This document shows positions 1 through 8,842 of a stretch of 64,000 bases of DNA, piece after piece (position 1 is the stretch's first letter; every line of letters starts with the position of its first letter). The notes below the pieces were generated by a model, which saw nothing but the letters and a program-made list of their open reading frames with translations, made no database searches and had not been told where the DNA came from. The position numbers and the translations under genes were made by a program. This stretch comes from an uncultured Methylomirabilota bacterium (GTDB taxonomy: Bacteria; Methylomirabilota; Methylomirabilia; Methylomirabilales; 2-02-FULL-66-22). Location of the stretch: the NCBI GenBank assembly GCA_963705305.1, contig OY970067.1, positions 4,416,001 through 4,480,000 on the forward strand, read 5' to 3'.

Positions 1-870
1 GGTGAGGTGATACCGGCCGGCAGCGCGCTCTTGCTCCCTCTCCGGATAGGCGGCCTCGCAGTAGAACAGATCCGCCTTCCAGCCCAGGTCGATGATCTTG
101 CGGGCGTTTTCCGGGGAGTCCAGCACGTCGGTCACGTAGGCCAGCTTCTGGCCGGGACTCACCCGGAGCACCTCTCGCCGGAGGCTCCCCAGGGGCAGGA
201 GGCGCTCGCGACGCCGTCCGTCCTCGGACCAGGCGATGCGAATTGGATGGTCGTCGGAAGCCCCGGCACGAACCGAGCGTTTGAGATCCATGAGCCACGG
301 GCCGATCGGCAGACCCAACGCCTCCAGGCGCGCCTTGTCCACGTTCATGTGGATTCCTTCCTCGAGGGCAAAGCCGAGGCAGGGAATCCGGTGGTCCAGC
401 GCTACGGCCCGGACGCGGAACTGGGGCTCTTCCAGGATCGTCCCATCCAAGGGGGCCGGGTCCGGGATATCCCGGCGGATGAATCCCTCCGAACAGACAA
501 ACCGCGCATGGAGCAGGCGGTCCGGATGCACCTCGGAGACCTCGATGGCCAGGGTGTATCCCTCCACCAGGTTCCAAACATACCCCCGAAGCTTCCCCTC
601 CACATGGTCGATGAACCCGGGCGGTCCGTACAGGCGCAGGGCCTTCGGCCGCCCCAGGATGACGCGGAGCAGGTGGTCAAAGCCGACGAAATGATCCAGG
701 TGGGCGTGCGAGACGAACACGTCGGTGATCTTCAGGAGGCGCCCGGCGGACAGACGGCTGACATCTCCGAGGTCGAACAGCAGGGCGCGCCGCTCCCAGG
801 GAAGCGCAACATAGAGCGCCGGATCCCCGAACACATCATTGACGAGGAAGCTGTGGAAGCTGCTCGCCAT
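1..870 (-). CDS. Ribonuclease Z-like metallo-beta-lactamase fold hydrolase (3' end runs off the window)
   Basis: Not in the ORF track because it has no stop in the window. Manual translation from ATG at 870: MASSFHSFLVNDVFGDPALYV...LLFDLG...VFVSHAHLDHFVG...LDHRIPCLG...AYVTD...CEA...YHLT. Contains the HxHxDH motif and RNase Z-type motifs. Confidence 0.85.
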   Translation of the reverse strand, partial: MASSFHSFLVNDVFGDPALYVALPWERRALLFDLGDVSRLSAGRLLKITDVFVSHAHLDHFVGFDHLLRVILGRPKALRLYGPPGFIDHVEGKLRGYVWNLVEGYTLAIEVSEVHPDRLLHARFVCSEGFIRRDIPDPAPLDGTILEEPQFRVRAVALDHRIPCLGFALEEGIHMNVDKARLEALGLPIGPWLMDLKRSVRAGASDDHPIRIAWSEDGRRRERLLPLGSLRREVLRVSPGQKLAYVTDVLDSPENARKIIDLGWKADLFYCEAAYPEREQERAAGRYHLT

Positions 871-890
871 CGCAAACTACCCCGGGCCTG

Positions 891-1222
891 ATCTCACACA
901 AAGATCGCCATTGCCAGTATGCAGTAGGCAGCCTCCGGCCCGGGTTCCACCCCGGAGGGGCTCCACCCTGGAGGGAGGGCCTACGGCCCGGAGGGTGGTC
1001 AGTAGTCAGGGGTCCCGCATTCCACCTTCTCCGCGGCACCTTTCACCCTTCGCGCTATGCCCCATGCTCTGTGCTCTCTGTCGCCCCTGCGCCCCTGCTC
1101 CCCTGCGCCTTGTCGCCCCCTCCCCCCCTCACCCCAGCTCCCCCTCACCGATGGCGCCCTTTGCGTGCTTTGCGTGAAAACATTCCGAGTCTCCCGCAAA
1201 GCTCGCCGAGCCCGCCAAGGAG
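891..1222. repeat. Mosaic intergenic repeat cassette (7/8/9-mer modules)
   Basis: Shares 'aaagatcgccattgccagtatgcagtaggcag' with ~29.96 kb and ~39.9 kb, and 'gcgtgctttgcgtgaaaacattccgagtctc' with ~39.87 kb. Also has CCYATGC-like and CCCCTGCK tandem units. Confidence 0.8.
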
Positions 1223-1292
1223 GACCATTCCCAAACGAAAACGGCGCCGCGCAGGCGCCGCTTTTATCCAGAGGCCATACCTATCCGGACGC

Positions 1293-1628
1293 CTACCGCT
1301 CGACGGGGTAGCCGCGGGACTGCCAGTCAACGATCCCGCCCTCCAGGTTATAGATCTTGGCGACCCCCACGGCCGCCGCCACCTCACAGGCAACCGCACT
1401 CCGGATTCCCTGCGCGCAGTAAAACACCACCGCGTCGCCATTGAGGTGCTGCCGCGGAGACACGAGCAGGTTGTTCAGCGGGACCAGGGTCGCACCCGGG
1501 ATCCGCGCCTGATGCCATTCGGAAGGCTCCCGCACATCGATCCACACCGTACCACCACTATCGTAAAGGTCCTTCGCCTGCGCGGCGTCGATGCGCTCGA
1601 AGGGTTCGGCCATCTCCTGTTGTGCCAC
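1293..1628 (-). CDS. Rhodanese-like domain protein (sulfurtransferase)
   Basis: IDVREPSEW..ARIPGA..VPL and YCAQGIRS...NLEGGI..W motifs. Start GTG 1628 or ATG 1613; the longer ORF in the track runs through a MITE. Confidence 0.9.
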   Translation of the reverse strand: MAQQEMAEPFERIDAAQAKDLYDSGGTVWIDVREPSEWHQARIPGATLVPLNNLLVSPRQHLNGDAVVFYCAQGIRSAVACEVAAAVGVAKIYNLEGGIVDWQSRGYPVER

Positions 1629-1651
1629 GTTCTCCCCTCCCCAACCCCTAT

Positions 1652-1803
1652 CAGGCTGCTGAAAAAGGCCATCTGCTGCGTTGGCGCGCTCGCGCGGCGC
1701 TGCGACGTACGCACGGAGTACGCCTCGCGCCTCGCATCCCGCACCGCCTTGCATCTGAACCTTTTTGAGCAGCCTGACCGAAAACGAGTTTTTCAGCAGC
1801 CTG
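1652..1803. mobile_element. MITE family A, full copy
   Basis: Terminal inverted repeats CAGGCTGCTGAAAAA...TTTTTCAGCAGCCTG with flanking 4-bp direct repeat CTAT (1648-1651, 1804-1807). Four other copies in the window. Confidence 0.85.
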
Positions 1804-1886
1804 CTATACGTTCTATCCACTGAAAAGCTGACAGACCTCAATCCCCTCATTCTTGGTCGGAATAGTAACGGAACACCGGCAAGGGG

Positions 1887-2591
1887 TCAAGATACGGCGC
1901 TCTGCCGGGACCCTCGGCCCATCGCGGCGGCGTAATCCCACCCTCGCTGGAAGGCCCGGAGGTTCTGCTCCGCCACCTGAGGCATCCTGAACCGCTGCCG
2001 GATGGCGGCATGCCAGCTCTCGCGCGGCAGGGGCAAGAGCGCTGCCGAGGCCCCCATGACGATCGTCCCCGCCAGGCGCGGACTTCCTTCCTCGACGGCC
2101 ATGGCGGAAGCCTCGATGGACACCAGCATCTCGCCCAAGTCCCGCAGCCCGGCCAGGGGCTCTTCCGGGTAGGTATAGAGCCCCAGGTTCACGACGGGGG
2201 GCTTGACGCGCAGGCAATTGGCGACCACCATGCCTCCGGGCCGGACTTCCCGCCGCCAGCGCAGGGCCTCGGCCTCTTCGAAGGCCACCAGGAGATCCGC
2301 CTCGCCGGGCGAGATCACCGGCGAGTACACCTTTCGCCCGAAGCGCACGTGGCTGGTCACAACGCCCCCGCGCTGCGCCATTCCGTGCACTTCGCTCTTC
2401 TTGACGTCGAAGCCCGCCTGGAGAGCCGCCACGCTCAGCAACTGTCCGGCCGTGAGGATTCCCTGCCCGCCGATGCCGGCAAGCAGCACGTTCACGGTCC
2501 GATCGGGAAATCGCGGCTGGGCTCTCGGGCTCATCCCCGCCTCCGCTCCTGCACGCCCGCCGTTTCCCCCGTGCGTCATCGCATCGTCCAT
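1887..2591 (-). CDS. iorB: Indolepyruvate:ferredoxin oxidoreductase beta subunit
   Basis: LAGIGGQGIL...SEVHGMAQRGGVVTSHVRFG motif; adjacent to iorA. Confidence 0.92.
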   Translation of the reverse strand: MDDAMTHGGNGGRAGAEAGMSPRAQPRFPDRTVNVLLAGIGGQGILTAGQLLSVAALQAGFDVKKSEVHGMAQRGGVVTSHVRFGRKVYSPVISPGEADLLVAFEEAEALRWRREVRPGGMVVANCLRVKPPVVNLGLYTYPEEPLAGLRDLGEMLVSIEASAMAVEEGSPRLAGTIVMGASAALLPLPRESWHAAIRQRFRMPQVAEQNLRAFQRGWDYAAAMGRGSRQSAVS

Positions 2592-2601
2592 GCCTGCCCC
2601 C

Positions 2602-4479
2602 TCACGCCTGCTGCGGCTGCGGCGTCGCGGCGGACACCGACGACTTCACCGGGACGATGGCCCCGGGCCCGCACAATTGGGTGCACAGATTGCAGCCGTT
2701 GCACGCCGCCGGATCGATCGCCACGTACCGGAGGTGCCGCTCTCGTCCGTTGGGGAGCCGGATCTGCTCGCTGCGAACAACCTGGATGGCCGGACAGCCG
2801 GTCTTCAGGCATGCCCCGCAGCCCGTGCACAGCTCGTCCCGGACCTCCAAAGGTTCCGGCCGGTGGAACTCCTCGATCAGGACGCAGGGACGGTTGGTGA
2901 TGACCACCGAAGGGCCTTCGAAGGCCAGCGCCTCCCGCAGCGCCTCACGCACCTCGGAGAGCTGGTACGGATCCACCGCCCTCACGTGCCGGACGCCCAG
3001 GGCCTTGCAGAGCGCCACGAAATCCACGGGGGTGCTCTCACCCGATTGCAGCCTGGCCCCGGTCCCCGGGTGGTCCTGCCCCCCGGTCATACCCGTCGTT
3101 CCGTTGTTCAGGATCAGGACCGTGACGTTCCCCCCGTTGTAGACGATGTCCAAGAGGCCGGTCATCCCCGAATGGAGGAAGGTGGAGTCGCCGATCACCG
3201 CCACGACCCTTTGGCCCTGCTGTGCCATCCGGTACGCTTTTTCGATGCCCAGGGCGTTCCCCAGGCTGGCCCCCATGCAGACGCAGGTGTCCATGGCGTT
3301 CCACGGGGGCCCCACCCCCAGGGTGTAGCAGCCGATGTCCCCGGTGATGACGAGGTCTTTCATCCTGCCCAGGACCGAATAGACGCCTGAGTGGGGGCAG
3401 CCGGCGCACAGGGTCGGCGGCCGCGGAAACGGCGTCGCCTCGGGCTCGGGCGACTCGGGCAACGCGGACTCGGCGCGATTGCCCGCGCCCAGCGCCACCT
3501 GCAGGCGGCGCGGATCCAGCTCGCCGATCCGCGGCACCCGCCCGGCACTGTCCACCCGGATCCCCCAAGCCAGGATCTCCGACTCCACCAGCCCTTCCAG
3601 CTCTTCGATCACCCACAAGCGCTCCACCCCCGAGGCGAACGCCCGAATCGTGCCTTCCGGCAAGGGGAACGAGAACCCAAGTTTGAGGAAGGAGGCGTCC
3701 GGGAAAGCTTCCCGGGCGTACATGTAGGCAGGGCCTGACGCGATGATCCCGATCCGCCGGTCCTGCCACTCAATCCGGTTCATCCCGCTCGATTCGGCGC
3801 GGCGCGTCAAATCCTCCAGGCGCGTCAGGATCTTGGGCCGCTTGCGACGGGCGAAGGCCGGGAGGACCACCAGCTTGCTGGGCTCCTTGGAGAACCCCAG
3901 AAATGGCGGGGTCGTCCGCGGGCCCAGCTCCACCACCCCCTGAACATGGCAGATCCGCGTGGTGAGGCGCATGATCACGGGCGTGTCCATCTCTTCGCTG
4001 AGCGAGAGGGCCTCTCCCACCAAGTCCTTGGCCTCCTGGCTGTCGCACGGCTCCAGCAATGGGATCTTGGCGAAGCGGGCGAAGTACCGGGTGTCCTGCG
4101 CGTTCTGCGAGCTGGCCATGCCGACGTCATCCGCCACCACGATCACGAAGCCCCCCCGCACTCCGACGTAGGCGCCCGTCATCAGGGGGTCGGCCGCCAC
4201 GTTCAGACCGACGTGCTTCATGGCGACGAGCGAGCGCGCCCCCGCCAAGGCCGCCCCCATGGCCACCTCGAAGGCCACCTTTTCGTTGGGAGCCCACTCC
4301 GCGTACAGATCCGGGTACCGGCCCAAGGCCTCCAGGACTTCGGTGGCCGGCGTCCCGGGATAGCTCGAGGCAACCGTCACGCCCGCCTCCCAGGCCCCCC
4401 GCGCAACCGCCTCGTTGCCGGAGATCAGGACCCGTCCGGTCGTGCTGGGCTGTAATGTTTCTCCGCCGTGTCGGGCCAT
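2602..4479 (-). CDS. iorA: Indolepyruvate:ferredoxin oxidoreductase alpha subunit
   Basis: SGNEAVARGA, YPGTP, MKHVGLNVAAD, RPPTLCAGCPH, GDIGCY, TPP motif GDSTFLHSG and two C-terminal CxxCxxC ferredoxin motifs. Confidence 0.95.
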   Translation of the reverse strand: MARHGGETLQPSTTGRVLISGNEAVARGAWEAGVTVASSYPGTPATEVLEALGRYPDLYAEWAPNEKVAFEVAMGAALAGARSLVAMKHVGLNVAADPLMTGAYVGVRGGFVIVVADDVGMASSQNAQDTRYFARFAKIPLLEPCDSQEAKDLVGEALSLSEEMDTPVIMRLTTRICHVQGVVELGPRTTPPFLGFSKEPSKLVVLPAFARRKRPKILTRLEDLTRRAESSGMNRIEWQDRRIGIIASGPAYMYAREAFPDASFLKLGFSFPLPEGTIRAFASGVERLWVIEELEGLVESEILAWGIRVDSAGRVPRIGELDPRRLQVALGAGNRAESALPESPEPEATPFPRPPTLCAGCPHSGVYSVLGRMKDLVITGDIGCYTLGVGPPWNAMDTCVCMGASLGNALGIEKAYRMAQQGQRVVAVIGDSTFLHSGMTGLLDIVYNGGNVTVLILNNGTTGMTGGQDHPGTGARLQSGESTPVDFVALCKALGVRHVRAVDPYQLSEVREALREALAFEGPSVVITNRPCVLIEEFHRPEPLEVRDELCTGCGACLKTGCPAIQVVRSEQIRLPNGRERHLRYVAIDPAACNGCNLCTQLCGPGAIVPVKSSVSAATPQPQQA

Positions 4480-4677
4480 TCCGCGCCCTCTCTCTCTTTC
4501 TCTCGCCTCACTGCCACCGCCGCTCCGGGTCCCCATCCCGATGGATGGGCGAGGCCGCCTCACGCTCGGCCGGCAGCCGAGCGTGAGTGTTGAAGCCTAC
4601 CACGCTTACCCGCGATGTGGAAGATCAACAAGCAGATCGAGATCGCCGCGGAGGATTGAGACGCCCGCGACCGCGGA

Positions 4678-5550
4678 TCAGCGCGGGAGGCGCAGCGCCT
4701 CCAGAATCTGGCGCGGCGCCTCGGCCCTGTTGAGGACGTAGAAGTGCAGACCGGGGACGCCCGCGTCCACCAGCTCCTGACACTGCCGAACGGCGTAGTC
4801 GATCCCCACCTTCATCTGCCTGTCGGGGTCATCCCAATACCGCTCCAGGGCCGACTCGAACGCCGCGGGGATCTTGGCGCTGCAGAGGGAGGCGATCCGC
4901 TGAATCTGGGCCAGATTGATTACGGGCAAGATTCCGGGGATCAGCGGGGCCCGGAGCCCGGCCGCCTGGTAGCGCCGCCGAAAATTGAAGAAGTCGGCAT
5001 TGTCGTAGAAGAGCTGCGTGATCACGGCGTCGGCGCCCGCCTCCACCTTGCGCTTGAGGTTGGCCAGGTCGGCCTCGGGACTGGGTGCCTCCCGGTGGGT
5101 CTCCGGATAGCCCGCCACGGCGATCCCGAAGTGCGGGAACTCCTTTCGGATGAGGCTCACTAGCTCGTTGGCATGCGCCAGGCCGTTCGGCCAGGGCGTG
5201 AAGACGCGAACGCCTCGGGGCGGATCGCCGCGCAGGGCCATGACGTTCTCCACGCCGAGGTCCGTGGCATGCCGCAGCCAGGCGCGGATGTCGTCGACCG
5301 AAGATTCCACGCAGGTGTGATGGGCGACGATGGTCACCCGGAAGGCGTCGCGGATCCGGCAGATCAATTCGAGGGTTTGATTCCGGGTGGACCCTCCCGC
5401 CCCGTAGGTGCACGACACGAACGCAGGGTGAAACGCCGCAAGGGTCTCCAGGGCCTTCATGAGCTGGACCTCGCCGGCATCCGATTTGGGGGGATAGACC
5501 TCGAACGACACTCCGAACTTCCCCCGCCCGTACAGGTCCCCCACCTTCAT
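4678..5550 (-). CDS. metF: 5,10-methylenetetrahydrofolate reductase
   Basis: SFEVYPPK, TYGAGG, ALRGDPP, VAGYPETH, ITQLFYD, LHFYVLN motifs. Confidence 0.95.
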   Translation of the reverse strand: MKVGDLYGRGKFGVSFEVYPPKSDAGEVQLMKALETLAAFHPAFVSCTYGAGGSTRNQTLELICRIRDAFRVTIVAHHTCVESSVDDIRAWLRHATDLGVENVMALRGDPPRGVRVFTPWPNGLAHANELVSLIRKEFPHFGIAVAGYPETHREAPSPEADLANLKRKVEAGADAVITQLFYDNADFFNFRRRYQAAGLRAPLIPGILPVINLAQIQRIASLCSAKIPAAFESALERYWDDPDRQMKVGIDYAVRQCQELVDAGVPGLHFYVLNRAEAPRQILEALRLPR

Positions 5551-5630
5551 CGGACCGCAGTCTCCATCCCGCTCCTCCTCATGCCGGCCGATCCACAGAC
5601 GATCGCCCTGCACCGGCGCCGCTTCATCGC

Positions 5631-6461
5631 TCAGCGAAACCCGGCCTGCCGCAGCACCGCCAGGCTGGCCGCCCGCGCCTGCCGCGCCACCTGGAGCGCC
5701 GGCCGCCGCCAGTACTGCGGGCGGAAGATCTCCACCGAGAATCCCCCGGCGTAGCCCGACGCCTTCAGGGCCCGCAGGATCGGCAGCAGCGGCAGGACGC
5801 CCTTGCCCGGGAACAGGCGCAGCGCGTCATGCAATTTCCGGCGCGGCGCCCGCTCCACGTCGTTGACGTGGACCATGAAGATCTTGCGCGGGTCCGCCTC
5901 CCGGATGGAGGACACGCGCGACCCGCCGGCGAAGAAGTGGAAGGTATCCAGGACCAGGCCCACATTGGGCCGCGCCGTCTTCTCCACGATGGCCGCGCAC
6001 TGGGCCAGCGAGTTCACCGTACAGTCCGCAAAGCCGAGGAATTCGTATGCCAGACGGACGCCGTGGGGCTTGGCGATGCGGGACAGCTCGCGCAGGACGC
6101 GCACCGACTCGCGCTCGATGGCGGCCGCGGAGATCCCGGCCGGCCGCGGGCTGGGCACCACCAGGATCGTCTCGCAGCCGATGGCCTCCGCCACCCGGCA
6201 GAGGCGCTGGAAATCCTCGAGCATACGGATGTGGCCCGAGGGATCGTTGAAGGTGATCCGCTCCACCGAGTTCAGGGTGGCGGGGCGGACGCCCGCCCGC
6301 TTGAGGTCCCGCCGGAGGGCAGGAAGCCCTCCGCGGTCCAGGTACCCGATCAGCTTGGCGGCCCAGATCTCGATGAAGTCGAATCCCGCCCGGCCGGCCA
6401 CCGTGATGTCGGTGGCCAGGTCCGCTTTCAGCGTCGTGGCCCCGTTCAGTCCCAGCTCCAT
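5631..6461 (-). CDS. Sugar phosphate isomerase/epimerase (xylose-isomerase-like TIM barrel, IolI-like)
   Basis: LAYEFLGF, LVLDTFHF, VHVND, SVEIF metal-binding motifs. Confidence 0.85.
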   Translation of the reverse strand: MELGLNGATTLKADLATDITVAGRAGFDFIEIWAAKLIGYLDRGGLPALRRDLKRAGVRPATLNSVERITFNDPSGHIRMLEDFQRLCRVAEAIGCETILVVPSPRPAGISAAAIERESVRVLRELSRIAKPHGVRLAYEFLGFADCTVNSLAQCAAIVEKTARPNVGLVLDTFHFFAGGSRVSSIREADPRKIFMVHVNDVERAPRRKLHDALRLFPGKGVLPLLPILRALKASGYAGGFSVEIFRPQYWRRPALQVARQARAASLAVLRQAGFR

Positions 6462-6645
6462 CGTCTCGCCTCGCTCCCCCTCCCGAATTCCGGCCCAGTC
6501 ATCAAAAAAGCGATCCACACTCTAGAGGTGCATGGCTCCCCGCGTCAAGGGTCTTTCCCCTGCGGTGTCTTTCCCCTGCGAGCGTTCCGTTCCCCGACGG
6601 GCGCGGAGATCGCAAACAGCCGGAGGCCGCCGTCCGGGGGGCACG

Positions 6646-7077
6646 TCAGCCCCGGAGGACGAGATGGTAGAGCATCCAGTATACCAGGACACCCGTGATC
6701 GACACGTAGGTCCAGATGGGGAACGTCCAGCGAGCGATGCGGACGTGCCGATCGAATCGGGCCAGGAGGGCCAATGACAAGGTCACCAGTACCAGGGGGA
6801 CCACGACGACCGCCAGGATGGTGTGCGAGATCAGGATCGTGAAATACAGCGGCCGGATCCATCCCTGTCCCGGAAAGCGGGTCAACCCGGCGTAGAAGTG
6901 ACGCGTGAGGTACCCCGCGAGAAACAGGGCGGAGACCCCCACCGCCGAGAGCATGCAGAGCTTGTGGGCCAGGATCTGGCGGCGGCGGATGCAGAGGTAA
7001 CCCCCCACCAGCAAGACGGCGCTGGCGGCGTTCAGCGCCGCGTCGATCGAGGGAAGAGCAGCAATGAAGGGGGGCAT
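6646..7077 (-). CDS. DUF420 (YozB-like) membrane protein
   Basis: Four hydrophobic segments with H..CM, ILISHTILA, H..IARWT.PIW.YVS.TGV.VY motifs. Confidence 0.88.
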   Translation of the reverse strand: MPPFIAALPSIDAALNAASAVLLVGGYLCIRRRQILAHKLCMLSAVGVSALFLAGYLTRHFYAGLTRFPGQGWIRPLYFTILISHTILAVVVVPLVLVTLSLALLARFDRHVRIARWTFPIWTYVSITGVLVYWMLYHLVLRG

Positions 7078-7301
7078 GCGCGCTCCGTGCCAACCGGGGA
7101 GCCGGGAAATCCGATCCGGCCTCGCTCCCGAGGAGGCAGGAGCAGTCTAAACCGAACCGGGTGGAATGGGCAAGGGCGGAAGGGCCGGCCGCGTGTCGTC
7201 GGCGTCATGCCCGCGCTTGATTGCTCGCTTGCGCAGGCCATTCCAGGCCGGAGAGCCGGGTAACGGCATGGGACTGCGCCGCATTTCAGCGAACTTTGCG
7301 A

Positions 7302-7331
7302 TTGACTCGATGAGGACCGCAAGCGTAGGAT
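7302..7331 (+). promoter_or_regulatory. Putative sigma70 promoter for the LeuA-like gene
   Basis: TTGACT-N18-TAGGAT about 135 bp upstream of the start codon. Confidence 0.5.
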
Positions 7332-7464
7332 TCTCGCCGAATGTCCCGCGCCCAAAGAGGGCACGATACGTCGGTCACCCCGAGGGACGCCCCCGAGGCT
7401 CTGACGTTTGACGAAACATTGGGAGAGGACCTCCCCCTGCCGAAAACCCTATTGGAGGTGCATG

Positions 7465-8709
7465 ATGGCGAATCAGAAGGGCAACGGGAATTCCACCCCC
7501 TGGCACACCGACCGATGGTTCGTAAGCCCGTGGAACTTCCACGAGGAGACGACCAAGGGCTTCGCGTTTCCAAAGAGCATCAAGTTCCATGACGTATGTC
7601 TTCGCGACGGCGAACAGCAGGCTGGAGTCGAGTTTACCCCGAAGGAGAAGGTCAAGCTGGCGACCATGCTGGCCGAGGCGGGCGTTCACCGGATCGAGGC
7701 CGGGATGCCGGCGGTCTCCAAGTACGACGCCCAGGCGGTCAAGGAGATCGTCAAGCTGAAGCTGCCGGCGGAGATCTTCGCCTTCTCACGCTGCATGGTG
7801 GAGGACGTGAAGCGGGCCGTGGACACGGGGGTCAAGGGGATCGTGATGGAGGTCCCCGCCAGCGAGCACATCATCAAGTATGCCTACCAGTGGTCCCCGG
7901 AGAAGGCCTTGGACCTCTCCATTCAGGCCACCCGCTACGCGAAGTCGCAGGGACTGTACGTGGTCTTCTTTCCCATCGATGCCTCCCGCGCCGAGATGGG
8001 GTGGTATCTGAACACCATCGAGCGGGTGGCCACCGAAGGCCACATGGACGCGCTGGGCCTGGTGGATACCTTCGGGGTGCTGTCGCCCCACGCCGTGAGC
8101 TACTTCGTCCACGAGACGCAGAAACGCATCAAGAAGCCCCTGGAGACCCATTTCCACATGGATTTCGGCATGGGGGTCGCCAATACGATCATCGCCCTGG
8201 CGGCCGGCGCCGAGGTGGTCCACTCCACCATCAGCGGCATCGGCGAGCGGGCCGGCAACGTGCCGACCGAGGATACGCTCATCTCTCTCCTCACCATGTA
8301 CGGGGTGGACACCGGGATCAAGACGGAGCGACTCACGAAGCTCTCCCAGTATGTGCGGAAGATCGCCAAGATTGACATGCCCTCCAACCGCCAGATTGTG
8401 GGGGACACGGTATACGACATCGAATCCGGGATCATTGCCTCCTGGTTCAAGAACGCGGGCGCGGAGCACCTGCTGGAGGTGTTCCCGATCCACTGGGACC
8501 TGGTGGGCCAGCGGCCGGCCAAGTTGGTGCTGGGCAAGAACAGCGGTCTCGACTCGATCAAGATGCAGCTCCATCGCCTCCGGATGAAGGCCACCGACGA
8601 TCAGGTCAACGAGATCCTCCTGCGGGTGAAGACCGCCTCCCTTCGCAAGAAAGGACTCGTGGCCGATCAGGAGTTCCGGAAGATTGTCGGCGCCGTGGTG
8701 AAGCGGTAG
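7465..8709 (+). CDS. DRE-TIM metallolyase, isopropylmalate/homocitrate synthase family, no C-terminal regulatory domain
   Basis: DVCLRDGEQ, HFHMDFG, GIGERAGN, LGKNSG motifs; RBS GGAGG at 7454-7458. Confidence 0.85.
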   Translation: MANQKGNGNSTPWHTDRWFVSPWNFHEETTKGFAFPKSIKFHDVCLRDGEQQAGVEFTPKEKVKLATMLAEAGVHRIEAGMPAVSKYDAQAVKEIVKLKLPAEIFAFSRCMVEDVKRAVDTGVKGIVMEVPASEHIIKYAYQWSPEKALDLSIQATRYAKSQGLYVVFFPIDASRAEMGWYLNTIERVATEGHMDALGLVDTFGVLSPHAVSYFVHETQKRIKKPLETHFHMDFGMGVANTIIALAAGAEVVHSTISGIGERAGNVPTEDTLISLLTMYGVDTGIKTERLTKLSQYVRKIAKIDMPSNRQIVGDTVYDIESGIIASWFKNAGAEHLLEVFPIHWDLVGQRPAKLVLGKNSGLDSIKMQLHRLRMKATDDQVNEILLRVKTASLRKKGLVADQEFRKIVGAVVKR

Positions 8710-8842
8710 CCGCGGGCCCCGAGGCCATTCGGTTCGGCCCTCGGGACGTAAGATAATGCGTCGGCGGCGGGAAGGGGTGCGGCGGCGAATTGCACGGCAC
8801 ACCTTCCCGCTGGCACATGATCCTGCCCCAGGCCCAGGAGGG

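Noticed and set aside
7..891. 294-aa plus-strand ORF
   Set aside because: Antisense shadow of the RNase Z-like gene; it has no motifs of its own.
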